The position numbers were made by a program, and so were the translations under genes. Of a stretch of DNA of 64,000 nucleotides, positions 18,695 through 27,574 are shown piece after piece. Source of the DNA: a bacterium (lineage in GTDB: Bacteria; Zhuqueibacterota; QNDG01; JAFGCO01); assembly GCA_016932575.1 (NCBI GenBank), contig JAFGCO010000011.1, positions 10,851 to 74,850 of the forward strand, given 5' to 3'. Every line of letters begins with the position of its first letter. Within the stretch, counting starts at the first letter, position 1. Under the pieces are notes generated by a model that searched no databases, was not told where the DNA came from, and worked only from the letters and a program-made list of their open reading frames with translations.

Positions 18695-19975
18695 ATGTCA
18701 AAAAAACCTTGTATGCAAAAAATCTCCGATTCCAGGCGTTTTCCGTGGATTCATCATTTACTCAGGTTCTCAGCCGTTTCAGCCGGTCTGATGCTTTTCT
18801 GGATCGTCTGTTGTGATCCTTCACCGACTAACGCCTCCGGCCTGAAGTGGGTCGGAACCTGGGGGACTGCACAACAGCTGGTTGAACCGCGCAATATGCC
18901 TCCGAAAAAACCCGGATTGAGCAACAACACACTCCGGCAAATCGTTCAGGTTTCAGTAGGCGGAAAACAATTGAGGGTGAAATTCTCAAATAAATTCAGT
19001 ACGAGCCCTGTAACAATGAAATCGACACATATTGCTGTCTCAAGGGAAGGCAGCACGATTGATACGGAAACGGAGCAGGTACTGTTATTCGAAGGAGAAC
19101 CGGAAGTGACCATGGAGCCGGGTGCTGCCGTAACGTCAGATTTATGTAATTTTCTGCTGAAACCGCGATCCCGTGTGGCAATCACAATTTACTTTGGCGA
19201 GACGTCACCGGACGTGACGGGTCATCCGGGATCGCGGACCACCTCTTATCTGCTTGAAGGAAATAAAGTTTCTGCTGAAAACTTCCCGGATGCCGCACAA
19301 ACAGATCACTGGTACGTCATCGACGGCATCGATGTCAGGGTACCGGAAGCCGCTGCTGCCGTCGCTGTATTGGGCAATTCCATCACCGACGGACGCGGTT
19401 CGGGTACAAACAGGCAAAATCGCTGGCCGGATGAACTGGCGCGCCGCCTTCAGGAAAATCCCGGAACGCTACTGGTGGCTGTTCTAAACATGGGAGTCGG
19501 GGGCAATTGTGTGCTTCGTCAGTGTCTTGGTCCCTCTGCCCTGAATCGCTTCGGCCGCGATGTGAAAGAACGGGCCGGGGTGCGCTGGTTAATCATCCTT
19601 GAGGGAATCAACGACATTGGAGGAACGCAGGATGCAGCGGAAGCAGACTCTGTGGCAGACAATCTGATCGCCGCGTTCGAACAGATGATCGACCAGGCTC
19701 AAAACGAAGATATTCTTGTATACGGAGCGACACTGCTTCCATTCGGCGGATCTTTTTATGATACGGAGTACCGTGAAGCGGCGAGAAAAACCGTCAACGA
19801 ATGGATCCGGAACAGCGGTCGTTTCAATGCTGTGATTGATTTCGATGCAGCCATGCGTGATCCTGAGAATCCTTTGTACCTTTTGCCTGAGGCGGATACG
19901 GGTGATCATCTCCATCCAAACGAGACAGGCCACAGGATGATGGCCGAGGCGGTTGACCTGACACTTTTTCAGTGA
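18695..19975 (+). CDS. Secreted SGNH/GDSL hydrolase with an N-terminal beta-sandwich domain
   Basis: Signal peptide. SGNH blocks VAVLGNSITDGRGSG, GINDIG and DHLHPN. SD AAGGAGG. Confidence 0.7.
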   Translation: MSKKPCMQKISDSRRFPWIHHLLRFSAVSAGLMLFWIVCCDPSPTNASGLKWVGTWGTAQQLVEPRNMPPKKPGLSNNTLRQIVQVSVGGKQLRVKFSNKFSTSPVTMKSTHIAVSREGSTIDTETEQVLLFEGEPEVTMEPGAAVTSDLCNFLLKPRSRVAITIYFGETSPDVTGHPGSRTTSYLLEGNKVSAENFPDAAQTDHWYVIDGIDVRVPEAAAAVAVLGNSITDGRGSGTNRQNRWPDELARRLQENPGTLLVAVLNMGVGGNCVLRQCLGPSALNRFGRDVKERAGVRWLIILEGINDIGGTQDAAEADSVADNLIAAFEQMIDQAQNEDILVYGATLLPFGGSFYDTEYREAARKTVNEWIRNSGRFNAVIDFDAAMRDPENPLYLLPEADTGDHLHPNETGHRMMAEAVDLTLFQ

Positions 19976-20313
19976 ACCGAAGGCCATTTGTATAATTTAC
20001 GATACGATATTATAATAATACTTGCACTCGTTCATAAAATTCATTATTATTTTTTTAATCATAAGGATTGAAACCCCTTCCTGAAATAAAGATGGCAGCT
20101 TTCCGGATATATACTATTAGGGACTATCAATGGAATTTATCATCGCATGCATCATTTGGAATCGGCATCGATTTAGGATATAATCTTGCAGCAGAAAACG
20201 GTTTTGGCATTATTCCCAAAGTGATTGTAACAATTGCAATGTAAGATATTTTTTAAACCTTTATAAATAACTTGGCCCGCTTCTCTCATTCATCTGAAGA
20301 AAGGAGACCTTTC

Positions 20314-20364
20314 ATGTTCTGTAAATATTGCGGAAAGGAAATTGAGGAAACCACTGTTATTTGA
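20314..20364 (+). pseudogene. Truncated zinc-ribbon mini-ORF (16 codons, MFCKYCGKEIEETTVI) with a perfect SD
   Basis: AAAGGAGA lies 7 nt upstream of the ATG. The CxxCG half-motif is typical of zinc-ribbon proteins, but the frame stops before any second Cys pair. The next gene starts ~110 nt later. Confidence 0.3.
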
Positions 20365-20473
20365 CGATAAAATTCTCAGATTAAACCATCCGGGTTTTGG
20401 ACAGCACTGACCAATATAAACATCATATTTTCATCCCCAAAAGCCCTGGATCAAAACACAAGGAGGGCATGTG

Positions 20474-21196
20474 ATGACCAAAGAGACATCCAAAATCAGG
20501 GAAATGGTTTCATCACTAAAGGATTTTTTTATATTTCTGAGAGAAGCTGCCATTATTTCCATCTTTCTTTTAATTCTGTTTTTCCCCGTGTCATTCAATA
20601 CGGTTTTGTCGCGTGCCGGGTTTGTGGAGGGCAATATCGCTGGATTTACCTGGAGAAACCAGCTAAATAAAACAGACAAGACGCTTCAAAAAGCCAATGA
20701 AACAATACAGCAGCTGGAATCTGAACTGGCCGAATCCAATAAAATCATCCAGGAACTTACCGCCGAAGTCGATGCACAAAAGGCTGAAAAATTAAAAACA
20801 CAGACCATTAAAAACACACGCGTTTTAAAGGATGTCAAGAGTCGGGATGAAGCCATTCAGAAGACACTTCAGATGAATAAATCCATGCTCGAGCGGCAGC
20901 AATTCCAAATTCAGCCGATATCGGAATGGGGTGTTATCTCCGGCCCACACATGGACTTGCAGCATGCCAGGGTACAACAGGAGCAGGCACTCGAACGGGG
21001 ATTCGGACAAAGCCGGATTTATCAAAAACATCAGGAATACTGGAATGTGCTTCTGTTCCAGTCCGAAGAGAAAGCGCACGACATGCTCATGAAACTGGAG
21101 AGATCAGGGCTTCATGCCGACATGGTCAATCTGAATGAATTTTGTCCCCACGCCGGGCTGTCGCAGCAAAGGGATATCTGGATTTGTGAAGAATAA
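20474..21196 (+). CDS. Hypothetical membrane-anchored coiled-coil protein
   Basis: SD AAGGAGGG 6 nt upstream of ATG 20474; the track start is GTG 20471. One TM (AAIISIFLLILFFPV) and a long coiled coil. Confidence 0.5.
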   Translation: MTKETSKIREMVSSLKDFFIFLREAAIISIFLLILFFPVSFNTVLSRAGFVEGNIAGFTWRNQLNKTDKTLQKANETIQQLESELAESNKIIQELTAEVDAQKAEKLKTQTIKNTRVLKDVKSRDEAIQKTLQMNKSMLERQQFQIQPISEWGVISGPHMDLQHARVQQEQALERGFGQSRIYQKHQEYWNVLLFQSEEKAHDMLMKLERSGLHADMVNLNEFCPHAGLSQQRDIWICEE

Positions 21197-21421
21197 TTTC
21201 CACTTGAGGACAGGACAAACCAAATTGATACCGGGTGGCCATGGACTCTGCTGGATCCGCAATCTGACAATCTGTCCGGCCAGACGAAAACGAATTCAGG
21301 AAAAAACGATCCGGAGATCAAATGAAGATCATCAGTTTGTCTTCACGTGAAACTTTGTTTCTCTTGAAACCGGGGGCAGGGTGCTGCTAAACAACCAATT
21401 CATGGAAAGAAAGGGATTCAT

Positions 21422-23401
21422 ATGAAAAAACTAACAAGCACATCATCGATGAGAATATCGGCTGTCGCAGTCGCTTTCATTGCCATAGTCCTCAATGCAT
21501 CCATAATGAACGAATCTGCTGATCTGGTGTTCATTAACGGAAAAATTATCACAGTCGACGAGGATGATCATATTGTTCAGGCGGTTGCAGTGAAAGACAG
21601 CCTGATTTATGCAGTGGGAACCACAACAGAAATCATGACGCTTGTCGGGGACTCAACGGAGGTGCGAAACCTCAAGGGCAAATGCATGACCCCCGGCATA
21701 ATCGATGCCCACACCCATCTTATGTATTATGGTCAGGGCGAGATTGATTATGTGAATTTGCGTCCCCCGGAAGTTCAAACCGTCGAAGATCTGGTCGCAA
21801 AAATTGAAGAACGTGTGAAAAGTATCGAACCCGGTGAATGGGTCATCGGAGACGGGTACTTTAAATTGGAGAAAATGCCGACGCGCTATGATCTGGATCC
21901 GGTGTCACCGGATAATCCTGTTTTTTTAAACAGTCTTGGCGGGCATTACGGCACCGCGAACAGCAAAGCACTGGAAATCGCCTGTATTGACTCCACCACT
22001 GAAGATCCTGTGGGGGGCATCATCCAAAGAGATTCAACCGGTGTCCCAAACGGATTATTCTGGAATCATCCGGCAATGGATATGGTCAGACAATATATTC
22101 CTCCGCTTGATGAAACCGTTTTAACAGAATGCGTCCTCTATGCCCAGGAGAAATATTTAAATTACGGGATTACCAGTTTTCAGGATGTAAACTGCAGAGG
22201 CATTTCCCGATTAATGGGTTACGTACATGCTGTGGATTCTTTAAAAATAAGAGGATACTTATCTTTCACGATTGAAAAGTCAAGAGACGCGGCTTTCAGT
22301 ATCGAGAATTTACAGCCCTATCAGGGCCCATGGCTGTCACTGATGAGTGATAAATTCCTGCTGGATGGTCAGCCGCCAACATCATTTACTTATGATCCGC
22401 ATTTGGGCCCCACCCATGATCTGCCCACATGGAATCCCGATACTTTAAAAAAGGTCGTGAAAGACCTGCATTGTGCCGGTCATCAAATCGCCATTCATGT
22501 GATGGGTGACGCTGCGATTGATCTGGCGCTCGATGCTATCGAAGAAGCATTGAATGATACGCCGAAACCCGACCACCGTCATCGTCTCGAGCATGTCATG
22601 ATACCCACAGAAGAAGCCATTCAGCGAATGGCACAATTGGGTGTTATTGCCTCACTGCAGCCTGCCGCCATTTATGCAAGCGGTGATTTCTATACAAAAA
22701 TCTGGGGTGCCGAGACTGCAAGGCGATTGAAACCTTTACGGTCTCTGCTGGATGCCGGAATTCATATCGCATTGGGAACCGATTATCCGACTGTTCCGCG
22801 TTTGCATCCGAAATATACTTTATGGGCCTGTCTTGCCCGAAGAACTTCAAGCGGCATCACAATCGCTCCTGAAGAGAGCATTACCATTCAGGAAGCCTTG
22901 CGCGCACATACCATGGGCTCGGCTTATGCCGCCTTTGAAGAGGATGTCAAAGGATCGATTGAAGTGGGTAAATATGCCGATATGACAATCTGGTCGGATG
23001 ATCTTTATTCGGTTCCGGTCAGCGAGATCCCGAATTTATGGATAAGGGGTGTGGTTGTCGGGGGAACTGTTTATGATAATGTGAATGCCTCTGTGGAAGA
23101 CAATAGAAAAGCAAATCTCCCTGAAAATATCCAATTATATTATAACTATCCCAATCCTTTTAATCCATCGACCAATATTGTTTATAATCTTGTAAAACCC
23201 GGGCATACAAGTTTAAAGATTTATAACGCTGTTGGACAATGTGTTCGAACTCTCGTGAATCATATCCAGTTGCCGGGTAAATATATTGTCACATGGGACA
23301 GCCTGGATAATGACGGGAAAAATGTCCCTTCAGGACAGTATTATTTTCAGCTGGCGCAGGGAGATCATATCATTATTAAAAAAGCACTTCTTCTAAAATA
23401 A
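21422..23401 (+). CDS. Metal-dependent amidohydrolase (Amidohydro_3/YtcJ-like) secreted via T9SS (C-terminal sorting domain)
   Basis: Signal peptide. MTPGIIDAHTHL. C-terminal YYNYPNPFNPSTNIVYNL...LKIYNAVGQCVRTL...GQYYFQL...KKALLLK. Confidence 0.75.
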   Translation: MKKLTSTSSMRISAVAVAFIAIVLNASIMNESADLVFINGKIITVDEDDHIVQAVAVKDSLIYAVGTTTEIMTLVGDSTEVRNLKGKCMTPGIIDAHTHLMYYGQGEIDYVNLRPPEVQTVEDLVAKIEERVKSIEPGEWVIGDGYFKLEKMPTRYDLDPVSPDNPVFLNSLGGHYGTANSKALEIACIDSTTEDPVGGIIQRDSTGVPNGLFWNHPAMDMVRQYIPPLDETVLTECVLYAQEKYLNYGITSFQDVNCRGISRLMGYVHAVDSLKIRGYLSFTIEKSRDAAFSIENLQPYQGPWLSLMSDKFLLDGQPPTSFTYDPHLGPTHDLPTWNPDTLKKVVKDLHCAGHQIAIHVMGDAAIDLALDAIEEALNDTPKPDHRHRLEHVMIPTEEAIQRMAQLGVIASLQPAAIYASGDFYTKIWGAETARRLKPLRSLLDAGIHIALGTDYPTVPRLHPKYTLWACLARRTSSGITIAPEESITIQEALRAHTMGSAYAAFEEDVKGSIEVGKYADMTIWSDDLYSVPVSEIPNLWIRGVVVGGTVYDNVNASVEDNRKANLPENIQLYYNYPNPFNPSTNIVYNLVKPGHTSLKIYNAVGQCVRTLVNHIQLPGKYIVTWDSLDNDGKNVPSGQYYFQLAQGDHIIIKKALLLK

Positions 23402-23452
23402 GAAAAATGTGGACGATAAAACACCGCAGAATATTTTGAAAGGAGGCTCTAA

Positions 23453-23788
23453 ATGTCAAAATTAATTAAGGTCAGCGTGGTCTTAATGCTGATCATGGCT
23501 TTATTCCGAATCTTTGCGAGCATTCAAATGGTTTTAAGCGGTGAGAAGGAATTGGATTCAGGCATTCTGTTCGCCCTCAATGCGATTGCCGTTATCGGTA
23601 TCACACTGGGAGCTTATCAAAAAGGAGAAAAATGGGCCTGGTGGACTTTGCTTGTCATTGTGATGACGCCCCCCATCTATTGCATTTTTGCCCACGGATG
23701 GCTGGCCTGGAATATTATCGGATTGGTACTGTCAACGCTCCCAATCGTCATACCGGCAAAGGCCATTCTTTGTTCAAAGCGAACCTGA
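23453..23788 (+). CDS. Small membrane protein (3 TM)
   Basis: SD AAGGAGG. Hydrophobic helices. Confidence 0.45.
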   Translation: MSKLIKVSVVLMLIMALFRIFASIQMVLSGEKELDSGILFALNAIAVIGITLGAYQKGEKWAWWTLLVIVMTPPIYCIFAHGWLAWNIIGLVLSTLPIVIPAKAILCSKRT

Positions 23789-23944
23789 CTCCTCCTGTTA
23801 TAAAGCGATAGGGACAAGACTGAATAAACGGACAACGAACTCACAATGGTTTTTCAGCACAACCCAGAGTTGAGTGACAAGCGGAAGCCGGTCCTGCGCA
23901 GCATGGCTCCTTAATTCCCCTGTCACCGGCATACATCCGGAAGC

Positions 23945-26056
23945 TTAATCAACTACAGTCACACTCTTCTCGAGCACAATCTCCTGCGATGACTTTCCGA
24001 TCATAATCGCAAACACGCCCGGCTCCACGGTCCAGTCTTTAAGATCCGGATGCCAGAATGCGAATGCATCTTTGCCAAGTTCAAAAAAGAGGGTTTGCCT
24101 CTCTCCGGGCTGAAGACAGACTTTCGCAAATGCCTTCAGCTCTTTTTCAGGACGGGGCAGCGAACATGCTTCATCCCTCACATAAAGCTGAACGGTTTCT
24201 GCGCCTTCCCTGCCTCCGATGTTTTTAATCTGCACAGAAACACGGACGGGTGTGTCTGTCTTGACTTGTACCTCCGGAATATCAAGATTGGTGTATTCAA
24301 ACTGTGTATACGACAATCCATGACCGAATGGATACAAGGGCGCAATTTTCTTGTGCTCATACCATCGGTATCCGATAAAAATATCTTCTTTATAATCCAC
24401 ATCATACACCGGATGTTCATACTCTTTCTCTCTGGGCCAGTCATGATAAAGCTGCTCACCCTCCGGGATGTATCCATACCCCGGCGAATCTTCAAACCGT
24501 TTCTCGATGGTAATGGGCAGTTTGCCTGAAGGATTGGTTTTGCCTGATAAAATTTCAGCTAACGCGACATTGCCGATCTGGCCTTTGTACCAGGTGTGCA
24601 AAATGGCGCCCGCCCGCGCCTGCCACGGGCTCATATTGATTCCACCTCCCGAATGCACAATCACGACAGATTTGGGATTATGATCAAGGCAATAAATGAT
24701 AAATTGATTGGTCGAATCTGGCAGATCAAAGGGTCTGTCCCATCCTTCACTGTCGCTGGTACCGGTATTGACAAGAACCATATCCGCCTCTTCTATCACT
24801 TTTTCAGTGGGATTGGGATCATAAATAATCTTGTCGCCGAATTCTCCTTTCAGGGCTTCGAGCACCGTAACCGTATTGTATCCTTCCACATATGCGGAAC
24901 CACCGCCCGTTGCGTTCTTCGTAACATATTCTCCTGTTATCAGAATCCGCCTTACGGTTTTTAACGGAATGGGAAGCATATCCTCGTTTTTCAGCAGTAC
25001 AATCCCTTCACGTGCAGTTTGCAGTGCAATTTTCTCATGTTCCGGAAATTGTTCATCATAGCTGTGATCCACCGGAAGCCGGTTATATATCCCCATAGCA
25101 AAAAGTGTTGTTAAAATGGAGGATGCCATACGATCGATATCAGATTCTTCGATTTTACCTGCATTCAGCAGGTCCTTTGCACCTTGAACCGCTTTGGGAC
25201 CTGGCATCTCAAGATCCTGGCCCGATTCGATCACTTTCTCTCCGTCCCAGACTGACCACCAGTCGGTCATGACCATCCATCTGAAACCGAGTTTATTACG
25301 GAGAACATCATGAATCACATCCCTGCTCTGTCCTGACCATTCCCCATTTACCAAATTATACGAGGTCATGACCGCCATGGCTCCGGCCTCAATACCTGCC
25401 CTGAATCCCTGTGTGTAGAGTTCATGCAGCGCACGTTCACTGACTACAGAATTGGACCTGCGTCGAAAAAAATCCGTATTATTTGCCACAAAATGTTTCA
25501 GCGTGCCGATCGTACCCGTGGACTGCAATCCTGAAATGTAGTTCCTGATCATTTGAGACACGAGAAAGGGATCTTCACCAAAATACTCGAAATTCCTTCC
25601 GCACTGGGAAATCCGGTACAGGTTGAGTCCCGGCCCCAAAAGCACGGACACACCTCCCAGGCGGCATTCCTCACCCACGGCTTTGGCATACTGATAAGCC
25701 AGTTCTGTGTTCCATGTGGCAGCCAGTAAAAGCGGACACGGAAATGCTGTCGATCTCTCCATGGGTTCAATTTCAAAGGTTTGATCCCGATATGTATTCC
25801 TGATATGCACACCCTGGGTGGCATCCGCCATGTACAGGTCGGGAAAACCAAACCGCTCCAGTCCATGAATAAAAAAATGATTGACTCCTCCGATTATGCT
25901 GAGCTTCTCATCAAGTGTCAGCTGCTGTACAATGGAATCTGCCCGCTCTGAAGCGGCCTCAAAAGAAACTGCGGGTGTAAATGATTTTTCCATGCTGAAT
26001 AGAGCTCCGGTTAAAATGGTTGATTGTAAAAACAGAATTTTCAAGAAATCTTTCAT
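23945..26056 (-). CDS. Glycoside hydrolase family 3 beta-glucosidase (BglX-like), secreted
   Basis: Start moved to the internal ATG (MKDFLKI...), which has SD AGGAGA 6 nt upstream. GH3 motifs KHFVANN and GFRWMVMTDW. FnIII-like C-terminal domain. Confidence 0.85.
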   Translation of the reverse strand: MKDFLKILFLQSTILTGALFSMEKSFTPAVSFEAASERADSIVQQLTLDEKLSIIGGVNHFFIHGLERFGFPDLYMADATQGVHIRNTYRDQTFEIEPMERSTAFPCPLLLAATWNTELAYQYAKAVGEECRLGGVSVLLGPGLNLYRISQCGRNFEYFGEDPFLVSQMIRNYISGLQSTGTIGTLKHFVANNTDFFRRRSNSVVSERALHELYTQGFRAGIEAGAMAVMTSYNLVNGEWSGQSRDVIHDVLRNKLGFRWMVMTDWWSVWDGEKVIESGQDLEMPGPKAVQGAKDLLNAGKIEESDIDRMASSILTTLFAMGIYNRLPVDHSYDEQFPEHEKIALQTAREGIVLLKNEDMLPIPLKTVRRILITGEYVTKNATGGGSAYVEGYNTVTVLEALKGEFGDKIIYDPNPTEKVIEEADMVLVNTGTSDSEGWDRPFDLPDSTNQFIIYCLDHNPKSVVIVHSGGGINMSPWQARAGAILHTWYKGQIGNVALAEILSGKTNPSGKLPITIEKRFEDSPGYGYIPEGEQLYHDWPREKEYEHPVYDVDYKEDIFIGYRWYEHKKIAPLYPFGHGLSYTQFEYTNLDIPEVQVKTDTPVRVSVQIKNIGGREGAETVQLYVRDEACSLPRPEKELKAFAKVCLQPGERQTLFFELGKDAFAFWHPDLKDWTVEPGVFAIMIGKSSQEIVLEKSVTVVD

Positions 26057-26355
26057 GGCATTCTCCTGCAATAATAACAGTTTTTTAAGATATGAATATT
26101 TTTTACCGGTTTCAAGCAAAAGGTAACAACCGGTTGGCCAATCCTGTAAATTTTATTTGGAATAATCACTAATGCCTGATTTAAAATATACTGGTTTTAA
26201 AAAAATAAATTCTTATCTTTTATAAAAAGGCGGCTTTGTTGATTATATGGTTTTCAAAACAAATAAAAGGCGATGTTTTTAAAGCAATAAGAGCAAACCC
26301 GGATAAGCTTTCGCAATGCCAATAAATTTACATCGATTCAAGAGGAGGTTCATAA

Positions 26356-27339
26356 ATGCAGTATAGAGAGCTCGGCCGTACAGGCTGGAAAGTATCCAGC
26401 ATCAGCTTTGGATCCTGGGCTATCGGCAGTGCCTGGGGACCTGTAAAAGATGAAGAATCCTTGGCAGCCCTGCACCGGGCTGTAGAACTTGGCGTTAACT
26501 TTTTTGATACAGCTGATGTTTACGGTGATGGCCGCAGCGAACGGCTGCTGGCTCAACTTCGCAGGGATCACGGTAAAACCTTTTATATTGCCACCAAGGC
26601 AGGACGAAGGCTGGATCCTCATCTCGCAGACGGCTATAACCGGGAAAACCTCACTGCGTTTGTAGAGCGCAGCCTAAAAAATCTGAATACAGAAACCATT
26701 GATTTGCTTCAGCTTCACTGCCCGCCGACCGATGTTTATTACAGACCTGAAGTATTCGGCATACTCGATGGTCTTATGAATGCAGGAAAAATCCGCTACT
26801 ATGGTGTGAGCGTGGAAAAAGTGGAAGAAGCGCTTAAAGCTATAGAATTTCCCAATGTGCAAACCGTGCAAATCATTTTTAATATATTCCGTCACCGTCC
26901 CGCAGAACTGCTTTTTGAGCAGACAAAAAAGCGAAAGGTGGGTATTCTAGCACGGGTGCCGTTGGCCTCCGGCATGCTGACAGGCAAGCTCAAACCGGAT
27001 ACCCTGTTCGCATCGGATGACCATCGTGCGTTTAACCGCTCAGGAGAAGCGTTTGATCGCGGAGAAACCTTTTCAGGAGTTGATTATGAAACGGGTCTCA
27101 AAGCAGTTGAAGAGCTGAAATCCGTTTGTCCACAGGGAATGAGTCTGGTACAGTTCGCCCTGCGCTGGATTCTGATGTCTGATGCTGTAACCTGCGCCAT
27201 TCCAGGTGCAAAGCGTGTGTCGCAGGTTGAGGAAAACCTGGCCGCAGCAGATCTTTCACCCCTATCTGAAGAGACCATGACACGGGTACGATCCATCTAT
27301 GAGCACCAAATCTCCGGATTTGTTCACCAATACTGGTAA
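26356..27339 (+). CDS. Aldo/keto reductase (Tas/YajO-like)
   Basis: MQYRELGRTGWKVSSISFGSW, FFDTADVYG. SD GAGGAGG. Confidence 0.85.
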   Translation: MQYRELGRTGWKVSSISFGSWAIGSAWGPVKDEESLAALHRAVELGVNFFDTADVYGDGRSERLLAQLRRDHGKTFYIATKAGRRLDPHLADGYNRENLTAFVERSLKNLNTETIDLLQLHCPPTDVYYRPEVFGILDGLMNAGKIRYYGVSVEKVEEALKAIEFPNVQTVQIIFNIFRHRPAELLFEQTKKRKVGILARVPLASGMLTGKLKPDTLFASDDHRAFNRSGEAFDRGETFSGVDYETGLKAVEELKSVCPQGMSLVQFALRWILMSDAVTCAIPGAKRVSQVEENLAAADLSPLSEETMTRVRSIYEHQISGFVHQYW

Positions 27340-27574
27340 ATTTGATTTTATGTGAAACAAGGAGAATAAAATATAAACTGCGCCATCTGTGAAACTCCAA
27401 ATTTTGTCAGCAATGGCCCGTTTTTAAATAATAATCAAATTTTAAAACCTGTTTCCTCAATACTTATGCAATGATTTAACATTTTTTCAGAAATTTTAAA
27501 GAGATTTCTTGAAATTTCAATAATTGCTCAATATATTGGAACTATATACAGTCCGAACGAAACAAGGTGTTTGC

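Noticed and set aside
18695-18700. One-nucleotide discrepancy between my line-based indexing and the track coordinate for this start
   Set aside because: I attribute it to my own counting error. The track coordinates are used for all track-supported genes, and my self-derived coordinates are flagged as ±1-2 nt.
21230-21250. TGGCCATggacTCTGC upstream of the amidohydrolase, considered as a sigma-54 site
   Set aside because: The spacing is 11 rather than 10, and the -24 hexamer is degenerate.
26105-26134. Inverted repeat ACCGGTT-N16-AACCGGT between the divergent GH3 and AKR genes
   Set aside because: It could be an operator but there is no adjacent regulator gene. A single 7-bp repeat is weak evidence.
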